From IMG/VR virus record IMGVR_UViG_2687453529_000007: a DNA stretch of 19,211 nt; one strand, written 5' to 3'. A program made the translations under genes and the position numbers. The notes beneath the pieces were generated by a model that was not told where the DNA came from, did not search any database, and saw nothing but the letters and a program-made list of their open reading frames with translations. This DNA comes from a virus. Taxonomy: Duplodnaviria > Heunggongvirae > Uroviricota > Caudoviricetes. This document shows, piece by piece, positions 1 through 8,086 of this stretch (its first letter is position 1; every line of letters starts with the position of its first letter).

Positions 1-924
1 GTGGCAAAGCAAAAGTTCAAAATCACCAACTGGCCCACCTACAATAAAGCCCTCATCAACCGTGGCTCCATAACTTTCTGGCTGGATGATGAAGCTATTC
101 AGGCCTGGTATGAGTCAGCAACACCTTCTTCACGAGGCAGACCTCAGCGCTATTCTGACCTTGCCATCACGACTGTGCTGGTCATTAAACGCGTATTCAG
201 GCTGACCCTGCGCGCTGCGCAGGGCTTTATTGATTCCATTTTTTCTCTGATGAACGTTCCGCTACGCTGCCCGGATTACAGCTGTGTCAGCAGGCGGGCA
301 AAGTCGGTTAATATCAGTTTCAAAACGCCCACCCGGGGTGAAATCGCACACCTGGTAATTGATTCCACCGGGCTGAAGGTCTTCGGTGAAGGCGAGTGGA
401 AAGTCAAAAAGCATGGCCAGGAACGCCGTCGTATATGGCGTAAGCTGCATCTGGCAGTTGACAGTAAAACACATGAAATCATCTGCGCTGACCTGTCGCT
501 GAACAACGTTACGGACTCAGAGGCCTTCCCCGGGTTAATCCGGCAAACCCACCGGAAAATCAGGTCAGCCGCCGCCGATGGAGCTTACGATACCCGGCTC
601 TGTCACGATGAACTGCGGCGTAAGAAAATCAGCGCGCTTATCCCGCCCCGAAAAGGTGCGGGTTACTGGCCCGGTGAATATGCAGACCGTAACCGTGCAG
701 TGGCTAATCAGCGAATGACCGGGAGTAATGCGCGGTGGAAATGGACAACAGATTACAACCGTCGCTCGATAGCGGAAACGGCGATGTACCGGGTAAAACA
801 GCTGTTCGGGGGTTCACTGACGCTGCGTGACTACGATGGTCAGGTTGCGGAGGCTATGGCCCTGGTACGAGCGCTGAACAAAATGACGAAAGCAGGTATG
901 CCTGAAAGCGTGCGTATTGCCTGA
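1..924 (+). CDS. IS903/IS5-family DDE transposase (307 aa)
   Basis: Full-length ORF MAKQKFKITNW...MPESVRIA, near-identical along its length to the IS903/IS102 transposase as recalled from memory. Confidence 0.9.
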   Translation: MAKQKFKITNWPTYNKALINRGSITFWLDDEAIQAWYESATPSSRGRPQRYSDLAITTVLVIKRVFRLTLRAAQGFIDSIFSLMNVPLRCPDYSCVSRRAKSVNISFKTPTRGEIAHLVIDSTGLKVFGEGEWKVKKHGQERRRIWRKLHLAVDSKTHEIICADLSLNNVTDSEAFPGLIRQTHRKIRSAAADGAYDTRLCHDELRRKKISALIPPRKGAGYWPGEYADRNRAVANQRMTGSNARWKWTTDYNRRSIAETAMYRVKQLFGGSLTLRDYDGQVAEAMALVRALNKMTKAGMPESVRIA

Positions 925-962
925 AAACACAACCCGCTACGGGGGAGACTTACCCGAAATCT

Positions 963-980
963 GATTTATTCAACAAAGCC
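963..980. repeat. IS903 right terminal inverted repeat
   Basis: GATTTATTCAACAAAGCC, matching the canonical 18-bp IS903 end. Confidence 0.8.
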
Positions 981-1508
981 ACGCGCTGGACACACCACGA
1001 TGACAGCGGTTTTATCCCTTACGCCATCACCACCGGCCTTGATTACGAGGCGATGACCGAACAGCGCAAAGGCTATGAGAACTTTGTTTATCAGAACGGC
1101 GTTTACGATCTCGGCACCAAAGGTGATATGCGACGTAACGAACGTAACCTGATGTGGAACCTCGATCCCTACATTCAAACGCACTGGCAGCTCACCTCAG
1201 CCCTGGGGCTGGACGCCGGGGCGCGCTATAGCTCGGTATGGTTTGATTCCAACGATCGTTATGTTGTAGGTAAAAATGGTGATGATAGCGGCGAAGCGAG
1301 CTATCACAAGTGGCTTCCGGCGGCAGCGCTGAAGTATGCCATGACGCCGCAGTGGAACGTTTACCTCTCTGCCGGGAGGGGATTTGAAACGCCGACCATT
1401 AACGAGCTGTCCTATCGTCCCGATGGTCAGTCCGGGCTTAACTTTGCTCTGCAACCGGCCACTAACACCACCGTTGAAGCAGGCAGTAAATGGCAGGTGG
1501 GCACCGGG
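981..1508 (+). pseudogene. Internal fragment of a TonB-dependent receptor-like outer membrane beta-barrel gene (no start, no native stop)
   Basis: Frame open directly from the IS end; translation contains TBDR-like barrel motifs (RGFETPTINELSY resembling the GF-R-APS/T-x-x-EL-Y motif; NFALQPATNTTVEAGSKWQ). Reads straight into lysC sequence in a different frame. Specific family not identified. Confidence 0.5.
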
Positions 1509-2635
1509 TGGAACGTCTGCGTTACCCGAACGTTATCCGTGAAGAGATTGAACGTCTGCTGGAGAACATTACTGTTCTGGCAGAAGCGGCGGCGCTGGCA
1601 ACGTCTCCGGCGCTGACAGATGAACTGGTCAGCCACGGCGAGCTGATGTCGACCCTGCTGTTTGTCGAAATCCTGCGCGAACGCGATGTTCAGGCACAGT
1701 GGTTTGATGTACGTAAAGTGATGCGTACCAACGACCGATTTGGTCGTGCAGAGCCAGATGTAGCCGCGCTGGCGGAACTGGCCGCGCTGCAGCTGCTCCC
1801 ACGCCTCAATGAAGGCTTAGTGATCACCCAGGGATTTATCGGTAGCGAAAATAAAGGTCGTACAACGACGCTTGGCCGTGGAGGCAGCGATTATACGGCA
1901 GCCTTGCTGGCGGAGGCTTTACACGCAACTCGTGTTGATATCTGGACCGACGTCCCTGGCATCTACACCACCGATCCACGCGTGGTTTCCGCAGCAAAAC
2001 GCATTGATGAAATCGCGTTTGCCGAAGCGGCAGAGATGGCAACTTTTGGTGCAAAAGTACTGCATCCGGCAACGTTGCTACCCGCAGTACGCAGCGATAT
2101 CCCGGTCTTTGTCGGCTCCAGCAAAGACCCACGCGCAGGTGGTACGCTGGTGTGCAATAAAACTGAAAATCCGCCGCTGTTCCGCGCGCTGGCGCTTCGT
2201 CGCAATCAGACTCTGCTCACTTTGCACAGCCTGAATATGCTGCATTCTCGCGGTTTCCTCGCGGAAGTTTTCGGCATCCTCGCGCGGCATAATATTTCGG
2301 TAGACTTAATCACCACGTCAGAAGTGAGCGTGGCATTAACCCTTGATACCACCGGTTCAACCTCCACTGGCGATACGTTGCTGACGCAATCTCTGCTGAT
2401 GGAGCTGTCTGCACTATGCCGGGTAGAAGTGGAGGAAGGTCTGGCGCTGGTCGCGTTGATTGGCAATGACCTGTCAAAAGCCTGCGGCGTTGGCAAAGAG
2501 GTATTCGGCGTACTGGAACCGTTCAACATTCGCATGATTTGTTACGGCGCATCCAGCCATAACCTGTGCTTCCTGGTGCCCGGCGAAGATGCCGAGCAGG
2601 TGGTGCAGAAGCTGCATTTTAATTTATTTGAGTAA
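1509..2635 (+). pseudogene. lysC: lysC (lysine-sensitive aspartokinase III) 3' remnant, lacking about the first 80 codons
   Basis: Translation ERLRYPNVIREEIERLLENITVLAEAAALATSPALTDELVSHGELMSTLLF...QKLHFNLFE is collinear with and near-identical to E. coli LysC from about residue 84 to the C-terminus. No lysC N-terminus or promoter; upstream sequence is the receptor fragment. Stop TAA at 2633-2635. Confidence 0.85.
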
Positions 2636-2647
2636 ACGATCAGTAGA

Positions 2648-2677
2648 GGTGAATAGCGACCCACGACGCTATTCACC
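2648..2677. terminator. Perfect 11-bp stem hairpin between convergent lysC remnant and Mor-like gene (possible bidirectional terminator or element boundary)
   Basis: GGTGAATAGCG-ACCCACGA-CGCTATTCACC; no clear U-tract on either side, so terminator function is uncertain. Confidence 0.3.
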
Positions 2678-2689
2678 ATGCCGGTTCAA

Positions 2690-3037
2690 TTACGAATTAC
2701 TGCGGCGCTGTTGCTTTTCCGCATGTACGCGTTTCACAATCTTATAAATCCATTGCAGCGTCAGATTATATTTCTTCGCTAATTCGGCGTAGTTGCGCCC
2801 ATCGCACTCGCTATAGATTTGGTAGTCACGCTCCGATGCTCGTCCGGAGATCCCCTTAGGGAAATAGATGCTTTGTCCGCCCCAGTTACGCATCATTCGG
2901 TCGGCAATGGCAAAACCCACATTTTCTGCCGATGAACTGTCGAGATTGATGCTTTCAATCAGAACTTGCGATGCATGAAAAGCCAGGTCGTTAATGATCT
3001 CCGGTGTCCGGGCCATCTCTTTTGATTTTCGTATCAT
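2690..3037 (-). CDS. Mor/C-family (phage Mu middle/late operon regulator-like) transcriptional activator, 115 aa
   Basis: C-terminal region DGRNYAELAKKYNLTLQWIYKIVKR aligns with the Mu Mor helix-turn-helix region NGRNVSELTTRYGVTFNTVYKAIRR; GGAG RBS 7 nt upstream of the ATG; divergent from the lysis/tail genes. Confidence 0.75.
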   Translation of the reverse strand: MIRKSKEMARTPEIINDLAFHASQVLIESINLDSSSAENVGFAIADRMMRNWGGQSIYFPKGISGRASERDYQIYSECDGRNYAELAKKYNLTLQWIYKIVKRVHAEKQQRRSNS

Positions 3038-3258
3038 TTTTCATCTCCATATATCTTGCATCCTGAATAAGACCCGATGCGTGTAAAACCACGGATATAC
3101 GCTAAGCAGTTGTCATTACTGCTACTCAATACATTCAATAAACAAATAAACAATCACCAAAAATATAAACTTTTAATATTAATGAACGTCATAAATTCAC
3201 GAAATAAATATATTGTTTGGATTATGTTTCTTATCAACAGGAGTATCATTTTACACTA

Positions 3259-3278
3259 TACTGTATACATATACAGTA
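3259..3278. promoter_or_regulatory. LexA (SOS) operator, near-consensus
   Basis: TACTGTATACATATACAGTA versus consensus TACTGTATATATATACAGTA (CTGT-N8-ACAG core intact, one mismatch). Lies in the AT-rich divergent region between the Mor-like gene and the lysis genes, flanked by -10/-35-like hexamers on both strands. Confidence 0.75.
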
Positions 3279-3574
3279 TTATTTTTACCTGTAGAGTAAA
3301 AAGATCGTTTCCCTCACAGTCGCTGACTTTCTTAAACAAACTTTAAAAATCAAATAACTATCGACTATTCCTACGATCCACCATCATCTTTCCCCTGCAT
3401 AATGACGCGCTTATTAGCCTGGTCACCTTTTGCTCTTTAATTGCTGAGTCGATTTATTAGCGGGCTTGTTCATTTATAGAGAATCTATTTTTTAAACTTA
3501 TTTATTAAAGCTTTTTTCATTCTTCACTGGCGGGTTCTGACGACACTAAACGCTCACTTATCAGGAGATATCGT

Positions 3575-3862
3575 ATGAAAAAAGTCACTTTTCCCCGGCT
3601 TTCCGGCTGGCTAGTCGCTTCCGCCGCGCTGTTTGTCGTGATCGGCTGGACCTCTTCCGCACAGATCCCGGTCGTCATTTATAAACTAAGCCTGGTTTCG
3701 CTTTCCGCGGTGCTGGGATACTGGCTCGATCGCAGTTTGTTCCCCTGGGCACGGCCTGACTCTTTTAGCCCCTGGAAGGAACCTCGTTGCTGCGCGGCGG
3801 CAATGATTCGCCGCGCCATCATCGTTGCCGCCGTCTGTCTTTCCGTCGCCTTAGGGCTATAG
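3575..3862 (+). CDS. Small multi-pass membrane protein, putative holin (95 aa)
   Basis: AGGAG RBS 7 nt upstream; three hydrophobic segments; stop overlaps the start region of the downstream lytic transglycosylase (TAGTGATG). Function inferred from position. Confidence 0.45.
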   Translation: MKKVTFPRLSGWLVASAALFVVIGWTSSAQIPVVIYKLSLVSLSAVLGYWLDRSLFPWARPDSFSPWKEPRCCAAAMIRRAIIVAAVCLSVALGL

Positions 3863-3864
3863 TG

Positions 3865-4470
3865 ATGTGGCTGAAATATATCGCGTCTATGATTATTTTC
3901 GTTCTTTTCCCGCTTAACGCCTCTGAACCGCCGCGAGCCTCTCTGGCATGGCGAAACGAACTAATTCGTACAGCTCGAGAAGTCTGGGGGCTGAATGCTC
4001 CAGTGGCCGACTTTGCCGGGCAATTACACCAGGAGTCCGCCTGGCAGCCAATGGTACGTTCCCCCGTTGGCGCACAAGGTATGGCGCAATTTATGCCTGC
4101 TACAGCGACATGGATAAGCCAGTTGTATCCACAATTGCGTGAAAACAAACCGTATAACCCAACCTGGGCGATTCGCGCGCTGGTGCAATATGACCAGCAT
4201 TTGTGGAAAAACATCTCTGCGAAAAATGATTGTCAGCGTATGGCGTTTACCCTAAGCGCCTATAACGGCGGTCAGGGGTGGGTTAACCGGGATAAAAAAC
4301 TGGCTGCATCCAAAGGGTTAGATGCCACTAGCTGGTTTGGTCATGTTGAGCAAGTCAACGCCGGGCGCAGCGCCACGAACTGGCGAGAAAATCGTCGCTA
4401 TCCAAAGATGATCCTCTATCAACATGCCGCCCGCTATTTACTCTGGGGACAGGCAAGCTGTCTTCATTAA
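3865..4470 (+). CDS. Phage lytic transglycosylase (SLT domain) endolysin with N-terminal signal/SAR-like hydrophobic segment
   Basis: N-terminal MWLKYIASMIIFVLFPLNA hydrophobic stretch, then SLT motifs (LHQESAWQP with catalytic Glu, GMAQFMPATA, AYNGG). The track ORF 3787-4470 begins earlier with a non-ATG codon; ATG at 3865 sits directly after the holin stop. Confidence 0.8.
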   Translation: MWLKYIASMIIFVLFPLNASEPPRASLAWRNELIRTAREVWGLNAPVADFAGQLHQESAWQPMVRSPVGAQGMAQFMPATATWISQLYPQLRENKPYNPTWAIRALVQYDQHLWKNISAKNDCQRMAFTLSAYNGGQGWVNRDKKLAASKGLDATSWFGHVEQVNAGRSATNWRENRRYPKMILYQHAARYLLWGQASCLH

Positions 4471-4482
4471 TCAGAGGGGCCG

Positions 4483-4797
4483 ATGAAACTCAGTATCGAT
4501 TTTTGGGAAGTGATCTCCCTTATGCTTTCCTTCGTTGGATTAATGTTTGCTGCCGGAAAACTGCTGTTAGCACAAATTGAAAAACGACTTAATGAGCGTT
4601 TTGAGTCTCTGGAAAATGCCCGCAGGGAATCAGAAACAAGTTGGTCGAAACTGGAAAGAGAATTTCTCGAATTTCGTGCCGAGCTTCCGCTGCATTATGT
4701 CCGCAGAGAAGATTATCTTCGTGGGCAAGCAGTATTAGAAGCGAAGCTGGATGCCTTATATAGCAAAATCGAGCTGTTACAACGTGGCAGTTATTGA
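4483..4797 (+). CDS. Lysis accessory protein, Rz/i-spanin-like (N-terminal TM helix + coiled coil), 104 aa
   Basis: N-terminal TM segment EVISLMLSFVGLMFAAGKLLLA followed by charged coiled-coil-like sequence; position after the endolysin. No convincing embedded lipoprotein (o-spanin) ORF found by eye. Confidence 0.4.
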   Translation: MKLSIDFWEVISLMLSFVGLMFAAGKLLLAQIEKRLNERFESLENARRESETSWSKLEREFLEFRAELPLHYVRREDYLRGQAVLEAKLDALYSKIELLQRGSY

Positions 4798-4802
4798 AAA
4801 AT

Positions 4803-4834
4803 CCCCACCCTTATGTAAGGGTGGGGATTTTTTT
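4803..4834 (+). terminator. Rho-independent terminator closing the lysis cassette
   Basis: CCCCACCC-TTATGTAA-GGGTGGGG stem-loop followed by ATTTTTTT; an A-run upstream makes it potentially bidirectional. Confidence 0.85.
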
Positions 4835-4941
4835 AACCATTCAATTTTTTCTCTAAATCACATTAAAAGATTCTTCACCTTCGCTGCTTCAGAATACATT
4901 TCAACGATAACGAAGTGAGCGGTAATTAAGGTACAGCCTAT

Positions 4942-5397
4942 ATGGAAATTTTATCTGTAATGAATTCTGTTGTGACCAGATTACGTGAACACAACTCCGA
5001 AATGGATATATTTATTTCATCTAAGGATGCCCAGAAATATATTCCACAGACACAACGAGTTGCAGTGATTATTAATTATAGCGGTTCTGTCTTTGCTACG
5101 CCCGAAAGCAGTAATGCCATCGTGCAACAGCAAATACTCCGCTTAACCGCCACCGTTATTGTTGGCAAAAATTGTGATGCATTAAACGCACTTGATCACA
5201 TACGCAGCGCATTGGGTGGCCTTCCGCTTCCTGATTGTGATCGTCTGCTTTGGCTTGAAAAAGAAATTAATACGGGTGAGAGCGGCGGTTTCTGCCGCTA
5301 CATCCTGGAAATGGCGACCAGCTCGCTGTTTATCGCTGAACAGGAAAGCACGGATCTTCCCCTGCTTACGGAAGTTAACTACGAGGAAACTGAATGA
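4942..5397 (+). CDS. Putative tail completion / sheath-terminator-like protein (151 aa)
   Basis: First gene after the terminator, immediately upstream of a small ORF and the sheath gene, coupled to the next ORF. Family assignment is by position only. Confidence 0.35.
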   Translation: MEILSVMNSVVTRLREHNSEMDIFISSKDAQKYIPQTQRVAVIINYSGSVFATPESSNAIVQQQILRLTATVIVGKNCDALNALDHIRSALGGLPLPDCDRLLWLEKEINTGESGGFCRYILEMATSSLFIAEQESTDLPLLTEVNYEETE

Positions 5398-5591
5398 AAT
5401 ACATCTACAACGGCCCAGCAAGCGGCGTCACCCTTGCCGATGGACAAGAAATCTTATTGTGGCCGAACAGTGAAATTGATCTGCCAGAAGACAACGAGTG
5501 GGTCATGACCATGATTGCCCGCAATCATCTGACTCCTGTCATCACTCAGGAAGAACAAAATAACGTAGAGGAAATTGTACATGGCAGCTAA
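5394..5591 (+). CDS. Small conserved phage tail-module protein (65 aa) preceding the sheath gene
   Basis: GAGGAA RBS; ATG overlaps the upstream stop (ATGA); 3' end overlaps the sheath start by 11 nt. Function unknown. Confidence 0.4.
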   Translation: MKYIYNGPASGVTLADGQEILLWPNSEIDLPEDNEWVMTMIARNHLTPVITQEEQNNVEEIVHGS

Positions 5592-7005
5592 TTATCTGCA
5601 CGGTGTAGAAACTATTGAAATTGAAACCGGCCCGCGTCCGGTTAAAGCGGTAAAATCCGCCGTCATCGCTTTAATCGGTACATCCCCCTGCGGTCCGGTA
5701 AATAAACCAACATTATGCCTTTCTGAAAGCGATGCTGCGCAGTTTGGCTCGACTCAGGCTAACTTTACGATCCCACAGGCACTGAAGGCAATTTATGACC
5801 ACGGTGCCGGTACGGTGGTGGTGATTAACGTGCTGGATCCGGCAAAACATGGCTCCAACATCAGCAATGAGAGTATCACTTTTGATGCTAACAACCAGGC
5901 GAAGCTCGCTCACCGCAATGTGCGTAACGTGGTACTAAAGCCCTCTTCATCAAATTCATCAACCTTTAACACCGCAGCATTTAGCGTAGATGAACAAACA
6001 GGCATAATTACCCGTAAAGGAGCCGACATTCCTCCTGGTGCGAAAGTTTGTGCCTATTATTCCTGGTGCGACCCTACAAAGGTCACCGCAGCCGATATTA
6101 TCGGTACCGTAAATACCGCAGGCGACCGCACGGGGATGAAACTCCTTCAGGACACCTATAACCTGTACGGTTTCTACGCCAAAATCCTGCTTGCTCCTGT
6201 GTTTTGTACGCAAAAATCGGTGACTACTGAGCTGATTGCACAAGCGGAAAAACTCGGTGCGATTACCTACATTGATGCCCCGATTGGGACAACATTCCAG
6301 CAGGTATTGGCTGGACGCGGTTCGCAAGGGGCTATCAACTTCAATACCAGCTCTGATCGTGCGCGTTTATGTTACCCACATGTCAAAGTTTACGATGGCA
6401 TCACTAACCAGGAAATTCTTGAGCCTCTCTCTTCGCGTGCTGCCGGGCTGCGTGCCAAAGTAGACCTCGAAAAAGGTTTCTGGTGGAGCAACTCAAACCA
6501 GGAAATTCAGGGTATTACCGGTATTGAACGTTCGCTTTCCGCAATGATTGATGATCCACAAAGCGAAGTGAATCAGCTCAACGAAAACGGCATTACCACT
6601 ATTTTCAATAGTTACGGCTCTGGTCTGCGCTTGTGGGGTAACCGCACAGCGGCATGGCCTACCGTGACCCATATGCGTAACTTTGAAAACGTCCGCCGGA
6701 CAGGCGATGTAATCAATGAGTCAATCCGTTATTTCAGTCAGCAGTATATTGATATGCCGATTAATCAGGCACTTATTGACGCGCTGACCGAATCGGTAAA
6801 TACCTGGGGCCGAAAACTGATTGCCGACGGCGCACTGCTTGGCTTTGAGTGCTGGTACGATCCGGCACGAAATTCACCGGCTGAACTCAGCGCCGGGCAT
6901 TTATTGCTGAGCTATAAATTCACCCCGCCACCGCCGCTGGAACGTCTGACGTTTGAAACTGAAATTACTTCTGAATATTTAGTCTCTCTGGAGAGCAATA
7001 GCTAA
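5581..7005 (+). CDS. Contractile tail sheath protein (P2 gpFI-like)
   Basis: N-terminus MAANYLHGVETIEIETG resembles P2 FI (YHHGVQVLEINEG) and the C-terminus LLSYKFTPPPPLERLTFETEITSEYL resembles P2 FI ([26 protein letters not shown]). GAGG RBS 9 nt upstream of ATG 5581; the track ORF begins at TTG 5575. Confidence 0.9.
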   Translation: MAANYLHGVETIEIETGPRPVKAVKSAVIALIGTSPCGPVNKPTLCLSESDAAQFGSTQANFTIPQALKAIYDHGAGTVVVINVLDPAKHGSNISNESITFDANNQAKLAHRNVRNVVLKPSSSNSSTFNTAAFSVDEQTGIITRKGADIPPGAKVCAYYSWCDPTKVTAADIIGTVNTAGDRTGMKLLQDTYNLYGFYAKILLAPVFCTQKSVTTELIAQAEKLGAITYIDAPIGTTFQQVLAGRGSQGAINFNTSSDRARLCYPHVKVYDGITNQEILEPLSSRAAGLRAKVDLEKGFWWSNSNQEIQGITGIERSLSAMIDDPQSEVNQLNENGITTIFNSYGSGLRLWGNRTAAWPTVTHMRNFENVRRTGDVINESIRYFSQQYIDMPINQALIDALTESVNTWGRKLIADGALLGFECWYDPARNSPAELSAGHLLLSYKFTPPPPLERLTFETEITSEYLVSLESNS

Positions 7006-7529
7006 TGGCTGGAAAAATTCAAATTAACCGTATTACCAACGCCAATATTTATCTCGATGGTAATAACCTTTTAGGTCGTGCAACAGAAATTAAATTGCCG
7101 GATGTAAGTTTAATTATGCAGGAGCATAAAGCACTGGGCATGGTGGGTAAAATCGAACTCCCGGCAGGTTTCGATAAACTGGAGGGCGAAATTAAATGGA
7201 ACTCCTTCTATCAGGACGTAATGCGTAAAACGGCAAACCCGTGGCAGGCGGTTGCATTACAGTGCCGCTCCAGTATTGATTGCTATAACTCCCAGGGGAA
7301 AGCGAATCAATTAGCGCTAGTGACACATTTAACCGTGATGTTTAAAAAGAATCCACTGGGCACATTTAAACAGAATGAAAACCCGGAATTCAGCAGCGCC
7401 TTTGGTTGCACTTATATTAAACAAGTAGTTGATGGTGAAACGCTGCTTGAACTTGATTATATGGCCAATATTTTCCGGGTTAATGGTGTGGATCAATTAA
7501 GTACCTATCGCAATAACATCGGTGGCTAA
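7005..7529 (+). CDS. Tail tube protein (P2 gpFII-like)
   Basis: Start overlaps the sheath stop; C-terminus NGVDQLSTYRNNIGG matches the P2 FII end NGVDRLEQHRRNIGL. Confidence 0.85.
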   Translation: MAGKIQINRITNANIYLDGNNLLGRATEIKLPDVSLIMQEHKALGMVGKIELPAGFDKLEGEIKWNSFYQDVMRKTANPWQAVALQCRSSIDCYNSQGKANQLALVTHLTVMFKKNPLGTFKQNENPEFSSAFGCTYIKQVVDGETLLELDYMANIFRVNGVDQLSTYRNNIGG

Positions 7530-7579
7530 GTTATTCGGGGCTACGGCCCCGAACTTTGCAAAATAAATAAGGACACAAA

Positions 7580-7897
7580 ATGAAAGAACATTATATCTTG
7601 CAGTTTCCATTTACGTCGGCAGCAGGAAATAATATCGACACGCTGCAATTACGTCGCCTGAAAGTAAAAGATATGCGCAACGCCCGCCGGATCAGCGAAA
7701 AGCCAGAAGAGTGGGATGAACCGCTGATGGCGGCGATGACCGGACTGGTGCCAGAAGATTTAGCCGAAATGGATTTGCTGGATTACCAGGCATTGCAGAA
7801 ACGATTTCAATCCATGCTTACCGTGGTTACAGAATCCTCCCCTGCTATGGCAGGCAATGGCGCTACTGGCGAGATGGTTTCGCTTTCCGCCCAGTGA
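7580..7897 (+). CDS. Tail assembly chaperone (gpE/gpG-like), short product
   Basis: Small acidic protein between tube and tape measure genes, the position of frameshifting tail chaperones. Confidence 0.6.
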   Translation: MKEHYILQFPFTSAAGNNIDTLQLRRLKVKDMRNARRISEKPEEWDEPLMAAMTGLVPEDLAEMDLLDYQALQKRFQSMLTVVTESSPAMAGNGATGEMVSLSAQ

Positions 7898-7985
7898 GAT
7901 AGACGCCCTTACCGTCGATGACTTTAGCAACTGGCTGGATGAAGCCAGCGCCCAAATAAAAATCGAATATGACTCGCAGACCTGA
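7580..7985 (+). CDS. Frameshift-extended chaperone isoform (E+E'-like), requiring a +1 shift
   Basis: A +1-frame ORF is open from 7764 to the TGA at 7983-7985 and would append ...PPSEIDALTVDDFSNWLDEASAQIKIEYDSQT. The only candidate shift motif seen is CTT_TCC at 7883-7888. Site and mechanism are not proven. Confidence 0.4.
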
Positions 7986-8086
7986 TGTCTGCGAGTTTCC
8001 CAAGCCCGTCAGGTTTATTTCTTCCCTGCCCCTTTTTTTAGAAAAATAACCAGCGGGCCATTATCAATATTTAAAGAGAAACAATT

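Larger units (their letters stand above)
1..980 (+). mobile_element. IS903-group (IS5 family) insertion sequence, partial; left end lies outside the window
   Basis: Transposase ORF 1-924 followed by the 18-bp terminal inverted repeat GATTTATTCAACAAAGCC at 963-980 (reverse complement of the IS903 end GGCTTTGTTGAATAAATC). Window starts at the transposase GTG start, so the left IR is missing. Confidence 0.85.

Noticed and set aside
1053-1616. 187-aa ORF treated as an intact gene
   Set aside because: It is the receptor fragment frame reading through the junction into out-of-frame lysC sequence; the start is internal and there is no native terminus.
3077-3346. 89-aa ORF in the AT-rich intergenic region
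   Set aside because: No RBS, low-complexity AT-driven codons, and it overlaps the LexA box and promoter-like region; most likely a chance ORF.
7973-7992. Hairpin CGCAGAC-CTGAT-GTCTGCG spanning the stop of the +1 extension frame
   Set aside because: Short stem without a following U-tract, and downstream rather than upstream of the putative shift site; probably incidental.
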